From positions 1 through 54,134 of the IMG/VR virus record IMGVR_UViG_3300046707_000080: a stretch of 54,134 nt of DNA; one strand, written 5' to 3'. A program made the position numbers and the translations under genes. This DNA comes from a virus (taxonomy: Duplodnaviria; Caudoviricetes). Positions 18,028 to 26,667 of this stretch are shown piece after piece (the stretch's first letter is position 1; each line of letters begins with the position of its first letter). The notes under the pieces are model-generated. The model made no database searches and was not told the DNA's origin. It saw only the letters and a list, made by a program, of their open reading frames with translations.

Positions 18028-18314
18028 TCTTTCTTTCTATCACATTCACTCTTTCTTTAAGTACAGAAAATCTATCACGACCAGTTGAATCTAGATATAT
18101 GGCATATCCACACAATAAGATACCAGTCATAATAATGAACCACCTTATCCAATCTATCATCATTCACTTCCTTACGCATTCCTGAATCTTTATTTCCAAT
18201 GCATCAATTCTCTGTTTAGAAGTAACAGTTGTATCAAGAACAAACCAGATTAATATTCCCGCTACAATGAATCCAAACACTTCAAAAAAATATTTCATTA
18301 TCACTCACTCCATC

Positions 18315-18608
18315 TCAGTCACTTAATTTAATTCTTATATATTTTACATAAGCAGGTAATTTACTTATCTCATAAGTTACATCTTCTCCATATTCTTCCC
18401 CTTTTATGATTGCTTGATTAATGTTGACCTCTTTTCCGATTAAATCATTTGGATCTTCTCCATCAAAGTAGTCCGTTACCTCATCAGGAATTTCAATATC
18501 AGCTTTTTCGCATGCATCATATACCTTTTTCATCTTATTAAATTGTTCATCTTTATCTATAACCCCGACCACACTTAATGTCATACCCATATCACTCACT
18601 CCTTTCAA
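18315..18608 (-). CDS. Hypothetical protein
   Basis: Likely start MGMT after GGAG; acidic globular sequence. Confidence 0.6.
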   Translation of the reverse strand: MKGVSDMGMTLSVVGVIDKDEQFNKMKKVYDACEKADIEIPDEVTDYFDGEDPNDLIGKEVNINQAIIKGEEYGEDVTYEISKLPAYVKYIRIKLSD

Positions 18609-18786
18609 TTTTTCTATCTTCTGTTAGCTTTTCAAGATACTTAAGGCAGTGTACAGTTTCATACCTTATATGTATTTGACCCTCTAGGATATGCCCGATA
18701 GTATCATTTACTCTATACATTAAAGTTACTAAAACTAGTTGAAATATTAGTATCACAATAAGAATTACTATATCCAAATCACTCAC
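18592..18786 (-). CDS. Small membrane protein
   Basis: N-terminal TM helix; GGAGTGAGTGA junction. Confidence 0.5.
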   Translation of the reverse strand: MSDLDIVILIVILIFQLVLVTLMYRVNDTIGHILEGQIHIRYETVHCLKYLEKLTEDRKIERSE

Positions 18787-19276
18787 TCCATCTTGAATAG
18801 GTCATCTTCTTCTTTGGCTTACTTTCATCAATCACAACACACCTAACTGTATCATGCGGATGCTTATTGTTTTTTTGTCTGTCATTCAAGCTTCCAGATC
18901 CTTTTTCCTGAAGATGGAAAGGAATCGCGCTTTCTATAAGCTCTACATCTCTATCATGATACAAATCTTCTGGCAATTGCATAAAAGGCTCCGCCTCTTC
19001 ATCGTTCAAATCGCTATAATGAGCGAAATGACTAAACTCTTCTTGCCTTCTTTGTACCTGCACTTTGAGAAGCTCAGCTTGAATGTAATCAAGTCTATCA
19101 CTAAGACCGGTATTGACTGGTGGAATGAAAGCAATAGGAGTAGAGCATGGAATCAATGGCTTAACATTTTGGCGAACCATCTGAATGGCTACAGTCTCTC
19201 TTCTTCCAAAAGTATTCTTATTAGGTACGTGAGAGATTTTCCCTTGTTTGTTAGCGGTTATCAGTAATTGTTTCAT
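18779..19276 (-). CDS. Hypothetical protein
   Basis: AAGGA RBS; largely disordered composition. Confidence 0.55.
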   Translation of the reverse strand: MKQLLITANKQGKISHVPNKNTFGRRETVAIQMVRQNVKPLIPCSTPIAFIPPVNTGLSDRLDYIQAELLKVQVQRRQEEFSHFAHYSDLNDEEAEPFMQLPEDLYHDRDVELIESAIPFHLQEKGSGSLNDRQKNNKHPHDTVRCVVIDESKPKKKMTYSRWSE

Positions 19277-19279
19277 GTT

Positions 19280-19918
19280 TTATCCTTTTGGTGTTGATGG
19301 TGATGATTTTAATGCAATCGTACGGTAAGTGTTTTTCGGAGTAGTTGGAGTCTCTGCGCCAGTAGGTTGTACAACACAGTCTGACGGATGCAACTCTACT
19401 CGGAGACCCGTAGCAATAGTGGCATAAGCAAGAGTATTGGGAGAGGGGCCATTTCTATCTCCCTCACTCTTCATGGTTCTCATTAATGCTTTAGAGAATA
19501 TAAGCTCATTCATACTGGGAGTAGAATCAGAATGCGGTAATGATTGCGACTCCGCTTGTACCTTAGCATCTGTCTCTGTTTCCTTCATTTCTTTCCTCTC
19601 ATTTTTAAACGTTTCTTCCGCTGGTTCATAATAACCACTACTACAGGCAAAAGTTCTGGGCGTAGGTTGTGACATTGTTGAAACGACAGTAGAGGCTTCA
19701 GAGATCTGCTTTTTATCCGATTGCTGTTCTTCTACATCTTTATCTTTATTGGAATGGAGATTATCAATGTCTACAATACATTTTTTAATAGTATAGATAT
19801 AGTCCAGTTTAATCCTCATATCATATAAATCTTGCATCTGAATGCCGCTAAGAACATCTCTATTGAATGCCAATAAAGAATCAATCTCTGCCGTTATATC
19901 TTCAATGTTACCTATCAT
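19280..19918 (-). CDS. Hypothetical protein with Ser/Thr/Pro-rich tail
   Basis: GGAGG RBS before ATG 19918 (MIGNIE). Confidence 0.6.
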   Translation of the reverse strand: MIGNIEDITAEIDSLLAFNRDVLSGIQMQDLYDMRIKLDYIYTIKKCIVDIDNLHSNKDKDVEEQQSDKKQISEASTVVSTMSQPTPRTFACSSGYYEPAEETFKNERKEMKETETDAKVQAESQSLPHSDSTPSMNELIFSKALMRTMKSEGDRNGPSPNTLAYATIATGLRVELHPSDCVVQPTGAETPTTPKNTYRTIALKSSPSTPKG

Positions 19919-19948
19919 GTCAACCTCCAATATCTGAAAAAGAATACA

Positions 19949-19977
19949 TATTGACACAATGCACACAATTGTCAATA
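19949..19977. promoter_or_regulatory. Inverted repeat / candidate operator over divergent promoters
   Basis: TATTGACA-13 nt-TGTCAATA; each arm contains a -35 hexamer. Confidence 0.55.
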
Positions 19978-19986
19978 CTGTATTGT

Positions 19987-20190
19987 ATGCAGTATCAACT
20001 GAATTGGAATGCCTTTGTTGAAGAAGCAAAGCAGAGACGTAAGCAGCAGAATATCTCGCAAAGTCATCTAGCTATGCTAGTAGGCATTAGTACTCCTACT
20101 CTTATTAGATTTGAGAAAGGAAAGAAGAATATTCGGTTATCAGTGGTTTTAAAGATATTACGCGCATTGGGAATGTCGGAGAGCATATGA
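19987..20190 (+). CDS. XRE/Cro-family HTH regulator (HipB-like)
   Basis: KQRRKQQNISQSHLAMLVGISTPTLIRFEKG...VLKILRALG. Confidence 0.85.
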   Translation: MQYQLNWNAFVEEAKQRRKQQNISQSHLAMLVGISTPTLIRFEKGKKNIRLSVVLKILRALGMSESI

Positions 20191-20429
20191 AACAAATAGT
20201 GGTTTTAAATAGGTCATGGAACATCGTAGGAGATGTCGAAAGAGACGGTGATTTTTACTTAATCACTAATGGTAGTGTTATCAGAAGATGGGGTACTACA
20301 AAGGGGTTAGGAGAGCTTGCAATGAATGGTCCTTTGAAGGAGACTGTCTTAGATCCTGTTCCTCTTATAAAGGCTCATCGAGATCAAGTAATATTTACCA
20401 TGGATTGTGAAGAATCAAAATGGAAATAA
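20187..20429 (+). CDS. Conserved phage protein (DUF6948-like)
   Basis: IRRWGTTKGLGELAMNGP motif; followed by Gly-rich ORFs as is common for this family. Confidence 0.6.
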   Translation: MKQIVVLNRSWNIVGDVERDGDFYLITNGSVIRRWGTTKGLGELAMNGPLKETVLDPVPLIKAHRDQVIFTMDCEESKWK

Positions 20430-20647
20430 TAATAGGATCTGGAGTCGAAAGAGATCAATGGGGAGATGGATTTGGGTATGGAGAGTTTTATGGCTATGCT
20501 GATGAAGAGAGCTATTACAGTGGCGGAGAATTCTATTCAGAATTTAATGATTTTATTGGATGGAGTTGTTTATATCCTCACGGAAATATAAATGGAGATA
20601 GCCATTACTATCGAGATATCGATGGTATTACAATACATTATTGTTAA
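20420..20647 (+). CDS. Gly/Tyr/Asp-rich small protein
   Basis: MEIII start; GDGFGYG. Confidence 0.55.
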   Translation: MEIIIGSGVERDQWGDGFGYGEFYGYADEESYYSGGEFYSEFNDFIGWSCLYPHGNINGDSHYYRDIDGITIHYC

Positions 20648-20655
20648 GTTATAAA

Positions 20656-20892
20656 ATGGAAATAATCATTGCTAATGACGGTCAAATGTCTTTCTCTCAG
20701 GGAAATTGCCTTGGAGATGGTCTTGGCGGAGGTCCAGATGAAGGTGGCTGTGATCACTGCCATGATTCTTTATTTGAATATTGTATGAAACAAGGTGATG
20801 GTCATTCCAGCCTCACTATTGAATATCCTGACGGATCTGGACATGGTTATGGAAGCGGTATATTCGGTAATGGCGATTGTATAATTTATTAG
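20656..20892 (+). CDS. Gly/Asp-rich small protein, paralogue of 20420..20647
   Basis: MEIII start at 20656; GDG/GSGHGYGSG repeats. Confidence 0.55.
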   Translation: MEIIIANDGQMSFSQGNCLGDGLGGGPDEGGCDHCHDSLFEYCMKQGDGHSSLTIEYPDGSGHGYGSGIFGNGDCIIY

Positions 20893-20901
20893 GAGTGAAT
20901 T

Positions 20902-21264
20902 ATGTTAGGTGGTTATGAAATTCATAAAGCAAAAGATAAAGTTGATCCAAAGCACCAGAAAGAGACTTTAACAATAGCGCAAGCCAGTACAGATCCAGAT
21001 GCTGCAGCATCAAAGATAAAAGAACTAAAAGACCAGATGGCTAAATACATTGAAGATAGTACTGACTACTTTAAAAACGTATCTTCAAAAGAGGTAGGAA
21101 AAGAAAGAGTAAAATATCAACTAGATTATTTGTTTGGACTACGCTCAATCTTAGAATATGGAATCAATCCCGATAGTATTTTGAATACCGCTGTTTGGAA
21201 AGCGATAGCGAATATATTGAAACCATCACTGCCAGAGAAGTTCGTTCAGAGTTTAGGGAGATAA
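20902..21264 (+). CDS. Hypothetical protein
   Basis: AGGAG RBS. Confidence 0.6.
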   Translation: MLGGYEIHKAKDKVDPKHQKETLTIAQASTDPDAAASKIKELKDQMAKYIEDSTDYFKNVSSKEVGKERVKYQLDYLFGLRSILEYGINPDSILNTAVWKAIANILKPSLPEKFVQSLGR

Positions 21265-21265
21265 T

Positions 21266-21616
21266 ATGAAAAAAGACCATAAAGAGTTAATAGAGTTAAT
21301 GAAACCACTTGTAGATTTTCTATCTAAAAATTCAAAACGAGATACAATTCCAGAAGAAGATAGGCTAGCTTATCAATTATATGAGATGCTTTCTCTGGGG
21401 TCAAATATTGTACTGCATAATAGTGAAAATGTTTCACCTTCTTCTGTAGTGAAAGCATTATGTATTTTTATTTCATATATGAAAAGCTCTCTTGCTGATA
21501 ATCATGTTCCTAAAGAAGGACAGTTGATGTTTTTAGAAGCCATCAAAAGTCATGTTATACAACTGATTGAAGAGGAAAACCCTAATGCCAAAGAAATTCA
21601 AGATCCTATCCATTGA
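21266..21616 (+). CDS. Hypothetical protein
   Basis: GGGAG RBS. Confidence 0.6.
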   Translation: MKKDHKELIELMKPLVDFLSKNSKRDTIPEEDRLAYQLYEMLSLGSNIVLHNSENVSPSSVVKALCIFISYMKSSLADNHVPKEGQLMFLEAIKSHVIQLIEEENPNAKEIQDPIH

Positions 21617-22592
21617 CGGTGGTGGCGTCCGCGGCATAATCCCTGCACGTATCCTACAAGAGATAGAGGAGAAGGCAGGCAAGCCTATTTATCAGCTATT
21701 TGATATGATTGTAGGAACTTCTACGGGGGCGTTGATAGCGTTAGCCTTGACAAGACCGGTAAGTATCCCATTCATTGGATTTTTAGGAGATAATCTGGAT
21801 GAACATGATGTGCTCCCAACTCAAATTGTAACAAAAATATATACTGCTGATTCCAAGGAAATATTTAAAAAATCAGTTCTTCAAGATATTAAGTCAGGAT
21901 TCAATTTGTGGGGTCCAAAATATGACAGAAGTTCATATGATAAATTCTTATCAGAAACATTTGGTGATACTTTATTCAAAGACACAAAATGCAAAGTAGT
22001 TATCCCTTCCTATGATTTAATGAGGAACAAACGCATTATCTGTAAGTCATGGGAGAACTTCCAGAAATCTACCATGAAAGATATAGCAGGAGGAGCAACA
22101 GCCGCTCCTACGTATTTCTCGCCAGTAAATATACAAGAATTTTACTTAAATAGGGATGTTATTTCCGGTACAACTTATAACTATTCCCTCATAGACGGCG
22201 GTATCTGGGCTAATAATCCAGAACTTATCGGAGTTTATGAAGCTTTAGCTCTAAATCCAGAACTTAAGAAAGAAAATATCTATATTCTCTCCCTTGGTAC
22301 AGGCGATGTGCAACTTAAATCAGATGCTTCTAAGCTTCAAAATGCTGGCATCATTGATTGGCTTAAATCAGGCCTTATCAACATGATGATGGAAACTGAG
22401 TCCGAATGGACAGCGACTGCTATCAAAGAGATATATCCTAACATGGTTCGTATTGAGCCTTATCTGCCATCTACATTAGGCGCATTCGATGATGCTTCGG
22501 ATGAGAATCTAGAAGGATTGTTGAAGATAGCTGAGCGCTATATAGAGAATAATCCTAACGAGATTAAAGGGATAGTGGAGAGTTTAACATGA
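21585..22592 (+). CDS. Patatin-like phospholipase
   Basis: DGGGVRG oxyanion loop, GTSTG nucleophile, TAAAPTYF, IDGGIWANNP catalytic Asp, LSLGTG; all intact. Confidence 0.95.
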   Translation: MPKKFKILSIDGGGVRGIIPARILQEIEEKAGKPIYQLFDMIVGTSTGALIALALTRPVSIPFIGFLGDNLDEHDVLPTQIVTKIYTADSKEIFKKSVLQDIKSGFNLWGPKYDRSSYDKFLSETFGDTLFKDTKCKVVIPSYDLMRNKRIICKSWENFQKSTMKDIAGGATAAPTYFSPVNIQEFYLNRDVISGTTYNYSLIDGGIWANNPELIGVYEALALNPELKKENIYILSLGTGDVQLKSDASKLQNAGIIDWLKSGLINMMMETESEWTATAIKEIYPNMVRIEPYLPSTLGAFDDASDENLEGLLKIAERYIENNPNEIKGIVESLT

Positions 22593-22810
22593 GCGATACA
22601 GAAGAAAAGATATGCTTATTTTCTAAGGAATGGATTTTAGAACAAGTTAAAACTGAATGTAAAATAAATCCAGAATGTGAAATTGAAATTAAAAACATGC
22701 AAAATGAATTTGGCGAAATTATTCAGAGATTTCTTAAGCGCTATCACGAGAATGAGCGAGACACTAATAATGCAGAACAGATTAAAGGGATAGTAAAGAG
22801 TTTAATATGA
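22589..22810 (+). CDS. Small hypothetical protein
   Basis: ATGA coupling; 3' end duplicates the patatin 3' end. Confidence 0.5.
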   Translation: MSDTEEKICLFSKEWILEQVKTECKINPECEIEIKNMQNEFGEIIQRFLKRYHENERDTNNAEQIKGIVKSLI

Positions 22811-23205
22811 TAACTGATATAAAGCCTACTGGATATAATGTTGCCATAGAAATTATTGGAAAAGATAAATATCCCGATTCATCAAAATTAATTAAAACAA
22901 AATCAAATGTAGAACTATCATTAGATGAAATGGAACTCGAAGGATATATTCTTGGAATTGTTCGTGGGATAGGACCAAGCGCATATGGTGAGCTATACGA
23001 TCGATATCCTGAACTTAGAGCCAATATAGGAGATTTTGTAATAGTATATAAGTATCTTTTCCCTATGAAATTTCTGGATGTTCCTATTTTAGGAAGTATG
23101 CAAGAGAAGATATTGGATTATTCAGGCATTTCTTTAATGATCGTACCTGATACAAATGTTGTTCCAATTGAAAATCCGTTTCCTAGTAGCTCAGAGGTAG
23201 AGTAG
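22807..23205 (+). CDS. Diverged GroES/Cpn10-like protein (second copy)
   Basis: IKPTGYNVAI...GIVRGIGPSAY...IGDFVI...IVPDTNV aligns with GroES pattern and with 30992..31597. Confidence 0.65.
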   Translation: MITDIKPTGYNVAIEIIGKDKYPDSSKLIKTKSNVELSLDEMELEGYILGIVRGIGPSAYGELYDRYPELRANIGDFVIVYKYLFPMKFLDVPILGSMQEKILDYSGISLMIVPDTNVVPIENPFPSSSEVE

Positions 23206-23254
23206 ATGCCTGTTAAGCATTTGGTCATGGGTTCGATCCCAATCTAGGCAGCCA
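23180..23254 (+). tRNA. tRNA-Asn(GTT)
   Basis: 75-nt cloverleaf TTCCTAG/CTAGGCA, GCTC/GAGT, GATGC-CTGTTAA-GCATT, ATGGG-TTCGATC-CCAAT, G73 + CCA; one mismatch each in acceptor and T stems. Confidence 0.8.
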
Positions 23255-23264
23255 ATATCACTCT

Positions 23265-24203
23265 TTAATCCCTCTTTAACATATCAAACAATCTCTTAGC
23301 CGTCTCTTCCGCTATCCTGCGCTCATCTTCTCTCGTTAAAATTCTCTGACGTTTAAGCTCAGCATCATAATCACTACACATTAAATTTATGTTTTGCATT
23401 AAAGGGAGCAATGTATTATCTACATTAGCTAATAATGGCTCTAGATGCTTTGCTTTCTTTCCGTCTGGGTCTGACAATAATGGATGGTCTTGAAGGGTTT
23501 CTATTTCAGCTCTGCTAAATAATGATGCCCCTTCCTTACCAAACGATAGCTCCTTAAATGACCGAAGCTGTTCGTTATACTCATCCTGCTCAGCTTTGCG
23601 ATGCTCTATTGGCCTTTCGCACAGTATTAGATCTTTGTATAGATAATGTTCAATAGCTCGGACATTAGGATTTGGTGTCATGGTTGAAAAAGCCCAATAC
23701 TGGGACAATTCTGGATGTCTATTATCAGAAACACTTTTCCAATGAGTCCCTGGAAGCTGAAATGGTCCTATAGGCTCCAATTTATCGCCCACTACAGAAC
23801 CACGAGGACACAATTTCATTTGCTCTATCCAACAATACTCATATCCTTCTGGTGGAGTTAGTTTAAGCTGTAGTGGATTCTTTTCCTCTGGCATAAGTCG
23901 AGGAAATGCGTTTAGAGTTTCTTGCGAAAACGGAACAATTGGATCTGAATTATAATCTTTGATAAATTCCGTTCTCAATTCTCCATATGTTTTACCATTA
24001 AAAATATTCTCGTCAAGTTCTTGTTCTTCTACTATGAGATGAATATTCCCGGTTCCATCTTGTGCCATTTCAATATCTTCTATCTCAAAAAATTCCTCAA
24101 TATTTATATCACTGGCTTTGATATGAACAAGAACCTTATTGTCTCCTAAATGGTCACTGATACTTCCACGTACAAGTTGCGCTATCAATTCATCTAAAGT
24201 CAT
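23265..24203 (-). CDS. Fusion-like protein containing a domain paralogous to 32655..33185
   Basis: PPEGYEYCWI...HWKSVSDNRHPEL...KDLILCERP. Confidence 0.65.
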   Translation of the reverse strand: MTLDELIAQLVRGSISDHLGDNKVLVHIKASDINIEEFFEIEDIEMAQDGTGNIHLIVEEQELDENIFNGKTYGELRTEFIKDYNSDPIVPFSQETLNAFPRLMPEEKNPLQLKLTPPEGYEYCWIEQMKLCPRGSVVGDKLEPIGPFQLPGTHWKSVSDNRHPELSQYWAFSTMTPNPNVRAIEHYLYKDLILCERPIEHRKAEQDEYNEQLRSFKELSFGKEGASLFSRAEIETLQDHPLLSDPDGKKAKHLEPLLANVDNTLLPLMQNINLMCSDYDAELKRQRILTREDERRIAEETAKRLFDMLKRD

Positions 24204-24212
24204 ACTATCTCC

Positions 24213-24767
24213 TTATTTCGCCTTCTTAGCCCTAAACAAAATCATTCCATCTTTTTTTAGAACGGGAAAATAGTATGCTGCAATATCACTATTAGGAGTG
24301 TTAATTTTATCAATCATATACTCAGCGTGCGGAACATCTTCTGGCATAGCGCTTTCTAAATGATTTAATCTCAATCGATCACCTTTCCAAAAATCAGTAT
24401 TTATATTTTGTATTATTTTTTCTAAAGTCTCACCCCCTATCCACCAATATCTATACTCTTCTGTTTCATATGCTGTTTCTTGTAAATCACTCCTACGCCT
24501 ATAGAGTACTTCCATATCGGATGGATTCTTATACCTATGAAATTCTATTGCAAGTTGTGTATATTTTTCATCTACATCTATAAGATCTATTGATTTTATT
24601 CCCTGTTCCCATCGGATATCATATTCAGTATGTTTTTCAAATCCCATGATAGTAACGTCAAACTTTAATCCACAATTAACGCATTCATATTCATATCCAA
24701 GCTCACATCTTGATTTTCCGTTCTGTATGAATGTTTCACACTTACATCGAAGACATCCTACCATCAT
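24213..24767 (-). CDS. Hypothetical protein with N-terminal Cys cluster
   Basis: CLRC...CVNCG. Confidence 0.55.
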   Translation of the reverse strand: MMVGCLRCKCETFIQNGKSRCELGYEYECVNCGLKFDVTIMGFEKHTEYDIRWEQGIKSIDLIDVDEKYTQLAIEFHRYKNPSDMEVLYRRRSDLQETAYETEEYRYWWIGGETLEKIIQNINTDFWKGDRLRLNHLESAMPEDVPHAEYMIDKINTPNSDIAAYYFPVLKKDGMILFRAKKAK

Positions 24768-24991
24768 ACCCCCTTATCATCCTCACGCCTAATCCATTTA
24801 ACTAAACAATCCATATCACAAAAGTCATATTCAGGATAATTATCAGTACTCATACCGACTGTAACGCCCTCCTGACCAAACCATCTTTTCTGATAACTTA
24901 AATGTAAGCGGGTAATATACCGTCCTTCCGAATAACTTATATATTTCTCACAGGCATCACAAGTAATAACGGTAGGCGTCACTTTCTTCAT
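24764..24991 (-). CDS. Small zinc-binding protein
   Basis: CDAC...FCDMDC; GGAG RBS. Confidence 0.6.
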   Translation of the reverse strand: MKKVTPTVITCDACEKYISYSEGRYITRLHLSYQKRWFGQEGVTVGMSTDNYPEYDFCDMDCLVKWIRREDDKGV

Positions 24992-25000
24992 CTTATCTCC

Positions 25001-25324
25001 TTAATTAGTTGGACACTCGCTTGCTAATATAGACAACATTAATCTTGCTGCTTCTTCGATAGAATATGAAAATATACAGAAGCACCCAACGGGTGTATGT
25101 GGATATAGCTGCATCGTTACCAATCTATTTTCTTTCTTACATTGCAAAAATACTTCTTCTTTCGTTTTTTCACTATCACAGTCGTAATGAGAGTGTTCTA
25201 TAAAGTCTTCCATTGATTCATAATTAAGTAGATTAGGATTAATATCAAATGTAAAATGACCTCCCCATTCCGTCTGAGCCCTTATATCATCTATTCTGGC
25301 TAAAAGCTTCTGAAAGTTCTCCAT
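25001..25324 (-). CDS. Hypothetical protein
   Basis: QLYPHTPVG motif; GGAG RBS. Confidence 0.6.
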   Translation of the reverse strand: MENFQKLLARIDDIRAQTEWGGHFTFDINPNLLNYESMEDFIEHSHYDCDSEKTKEEVFLQCKKENRLVTMQLYPHTPVGCFCIFSYSIEEAARLMLSILASECPTN

Positions 25325-25449
25325 ATAACTATACTCCGCGAAAGTATCACCTTCGATATGTCAATATCCTATCATAACCACCTTGCATCATTGCAATACG
25401 GTTCTCGGATAGCAATATTCCTCCAATAGGGCCGCTAGGTAAGGATTTC

Positions 25450-26313
25450 TTACGTACTCCCCTCTCGCACTGCATCCACATTGCTTTCGTTTAACCTGAC
25501 GCAATCAATTGCGTTCTTGATAAGGCTTAGATGCTTCTTAGCGACTTGTGTCGTTTTCTTAGCATCTGGCCTAAAGGTTCTGAGCGTAGCGACTTCTGTT
25601 TCCCCAATTGTAGGGATAGGATAATCATCCTTCTTTACTCTTGCCATATCATTGCCTCCTATAACGCTTGCCCTTTTCATGAGCATGACTTGCAAATAGC
25701 CGCCAGGATTAGTGACATTCTTTTGCTTGTTCATTAACTCAAGCTCGTGCACTATCTTATCATATCCTAATCTATTTAACCATCCTATGGTGTTCTTCTT
25801 ATAAAACCCTATGGTGCTTAGTTGCTCTATCAGAGCTTGTTCCTGTTCGTTAATCTTCACTTCATCATAATCATGATCATTGATTTGTATTAATGATCTA
25901 TTAGGGGGCACAGAGCTAGTAGCCCCCCCTGTCACCTGGCTAGTAGCCCCCCCTATCTGAGATAAGTTATCAACAGACTTATCCACATGGTTATCCACAA
26001 CCTTTGGGGATAACTTGTGACTACACTGAATCATATCTAGATTGATTCGATATTCCGTCGCTTCATGGTTTGCAAAATCAGCATCTTTTACTTTAATTAG
26101 ATAACCTAATTTTTTAAGAGCTTGAGTAGATCGAATTGCTTGGCTATTACAACATCCCAGATCTTTGGCTACTGTACTCATGCTAGGGAATACATTAGTT
26201 CCATCTTCTGTTGCATAGCTTGCTAACACCATCAATGTACATTTTTGATGGCAAGATAACTTATCATTTAGACTGCGATCCGATAGGATCCTTTTCATTA
26301 ATAAAAAACTCAT
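25450..26313 (-). CDS. HTH replication initiator (replisome organiser-like)
   Basis: LMVLASYA...VFPSMSTVAKDLG...LKKLGYL winged HTH, internal repeats, C-terminal NPGGYL. Confidence 0.8.
   Translation of the reverse strand: MSFLLMKRILSDRSLNDKLSCHQKCTLMVLASYATEDGTNVFPSMSTVAKDLGCCNSQAIRSTQALKKLGYLIKVKDADFANHEATEYRINLDMIQCSHKLSPKVVDNHVDKSVDNLSQIGGATSQVTGGATSSVPPNRSLIQINDHDYDEVKINEQEQALIEQLSTIGFYKKNTIGWLNRLGYDKIVHELELMNKQKNVTNPGGYLQVMLMKRASVIGGNDMARVKKDDYPIPTIGETEVATLRTFRPDAKKTTQVAKKHLSLIKNAIDCVRLNESNVDAVREGST
25915..26013. promoter_or_regulatory. Putative replication origin: two iterons plus DnaA-box cluster
   Basis: GCTAGTAGCCCCCCCT at 25915 and 25939; TTATCAACA 25967, TTATCCACA 25979 and 25991, inverted TTATCCCCA 26005-26013. 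Confidence 0.75.
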
Positions 26314-26622
26314 ACTTCACTCCTGTGATACAACTGTCGTTCCATCAATCCCCAGATATCTATTTATATAACTTATCGAATTCCAAAAATAACACAAAAA
26401 AATCTTGCATATGTTTTTTGGAAATGATAAAAAAAGAATACCTATTGATCGGGTTCATTCCAAAAAAAACGGTTAATGGGGTTTGTTAAGTTAGGTTACA
26501 TAGATAAACCTCCTTTTCCTTCTTCTTTGCTATCACTTCCTTTAGTGATATTAAGATTAGGGTTATGGTTACGGGTTACTGTTAATGATCTAACTTGGTC
26601 GCACAAGACAAACAAATAACTG

Positions 26623-26667
26623 AAAATGCATGCAAATAAGTTAATCTTACTTGTGTGCATTTTTTTT
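26623..26667. terminator. Terminator-like hairpin in the rep-portal intergenic region
   Basis: AAAATGCA...TGCATTTTTTT imperfect stem with T-run. Confidence 0.45.

Noticed and set aside
19919-20029. Long overlapping 5' extensions of 19280..20029 and 19867..20190
   Set aside because: Better starts at 19918 (GGAGG RBS) and 19987 leave a clean divergent control region
21585-22592. CBASS system (CapV-like effector)
   Set aside because: No CD-NTase or Cap2/Cap3 recognisable nearby or elsewhere
26211-26489. 92-aa plus-strand ORF
   Set aside because: Overlaps the rep start antisense and runs through A-tract promoter-like DNA; no RBS
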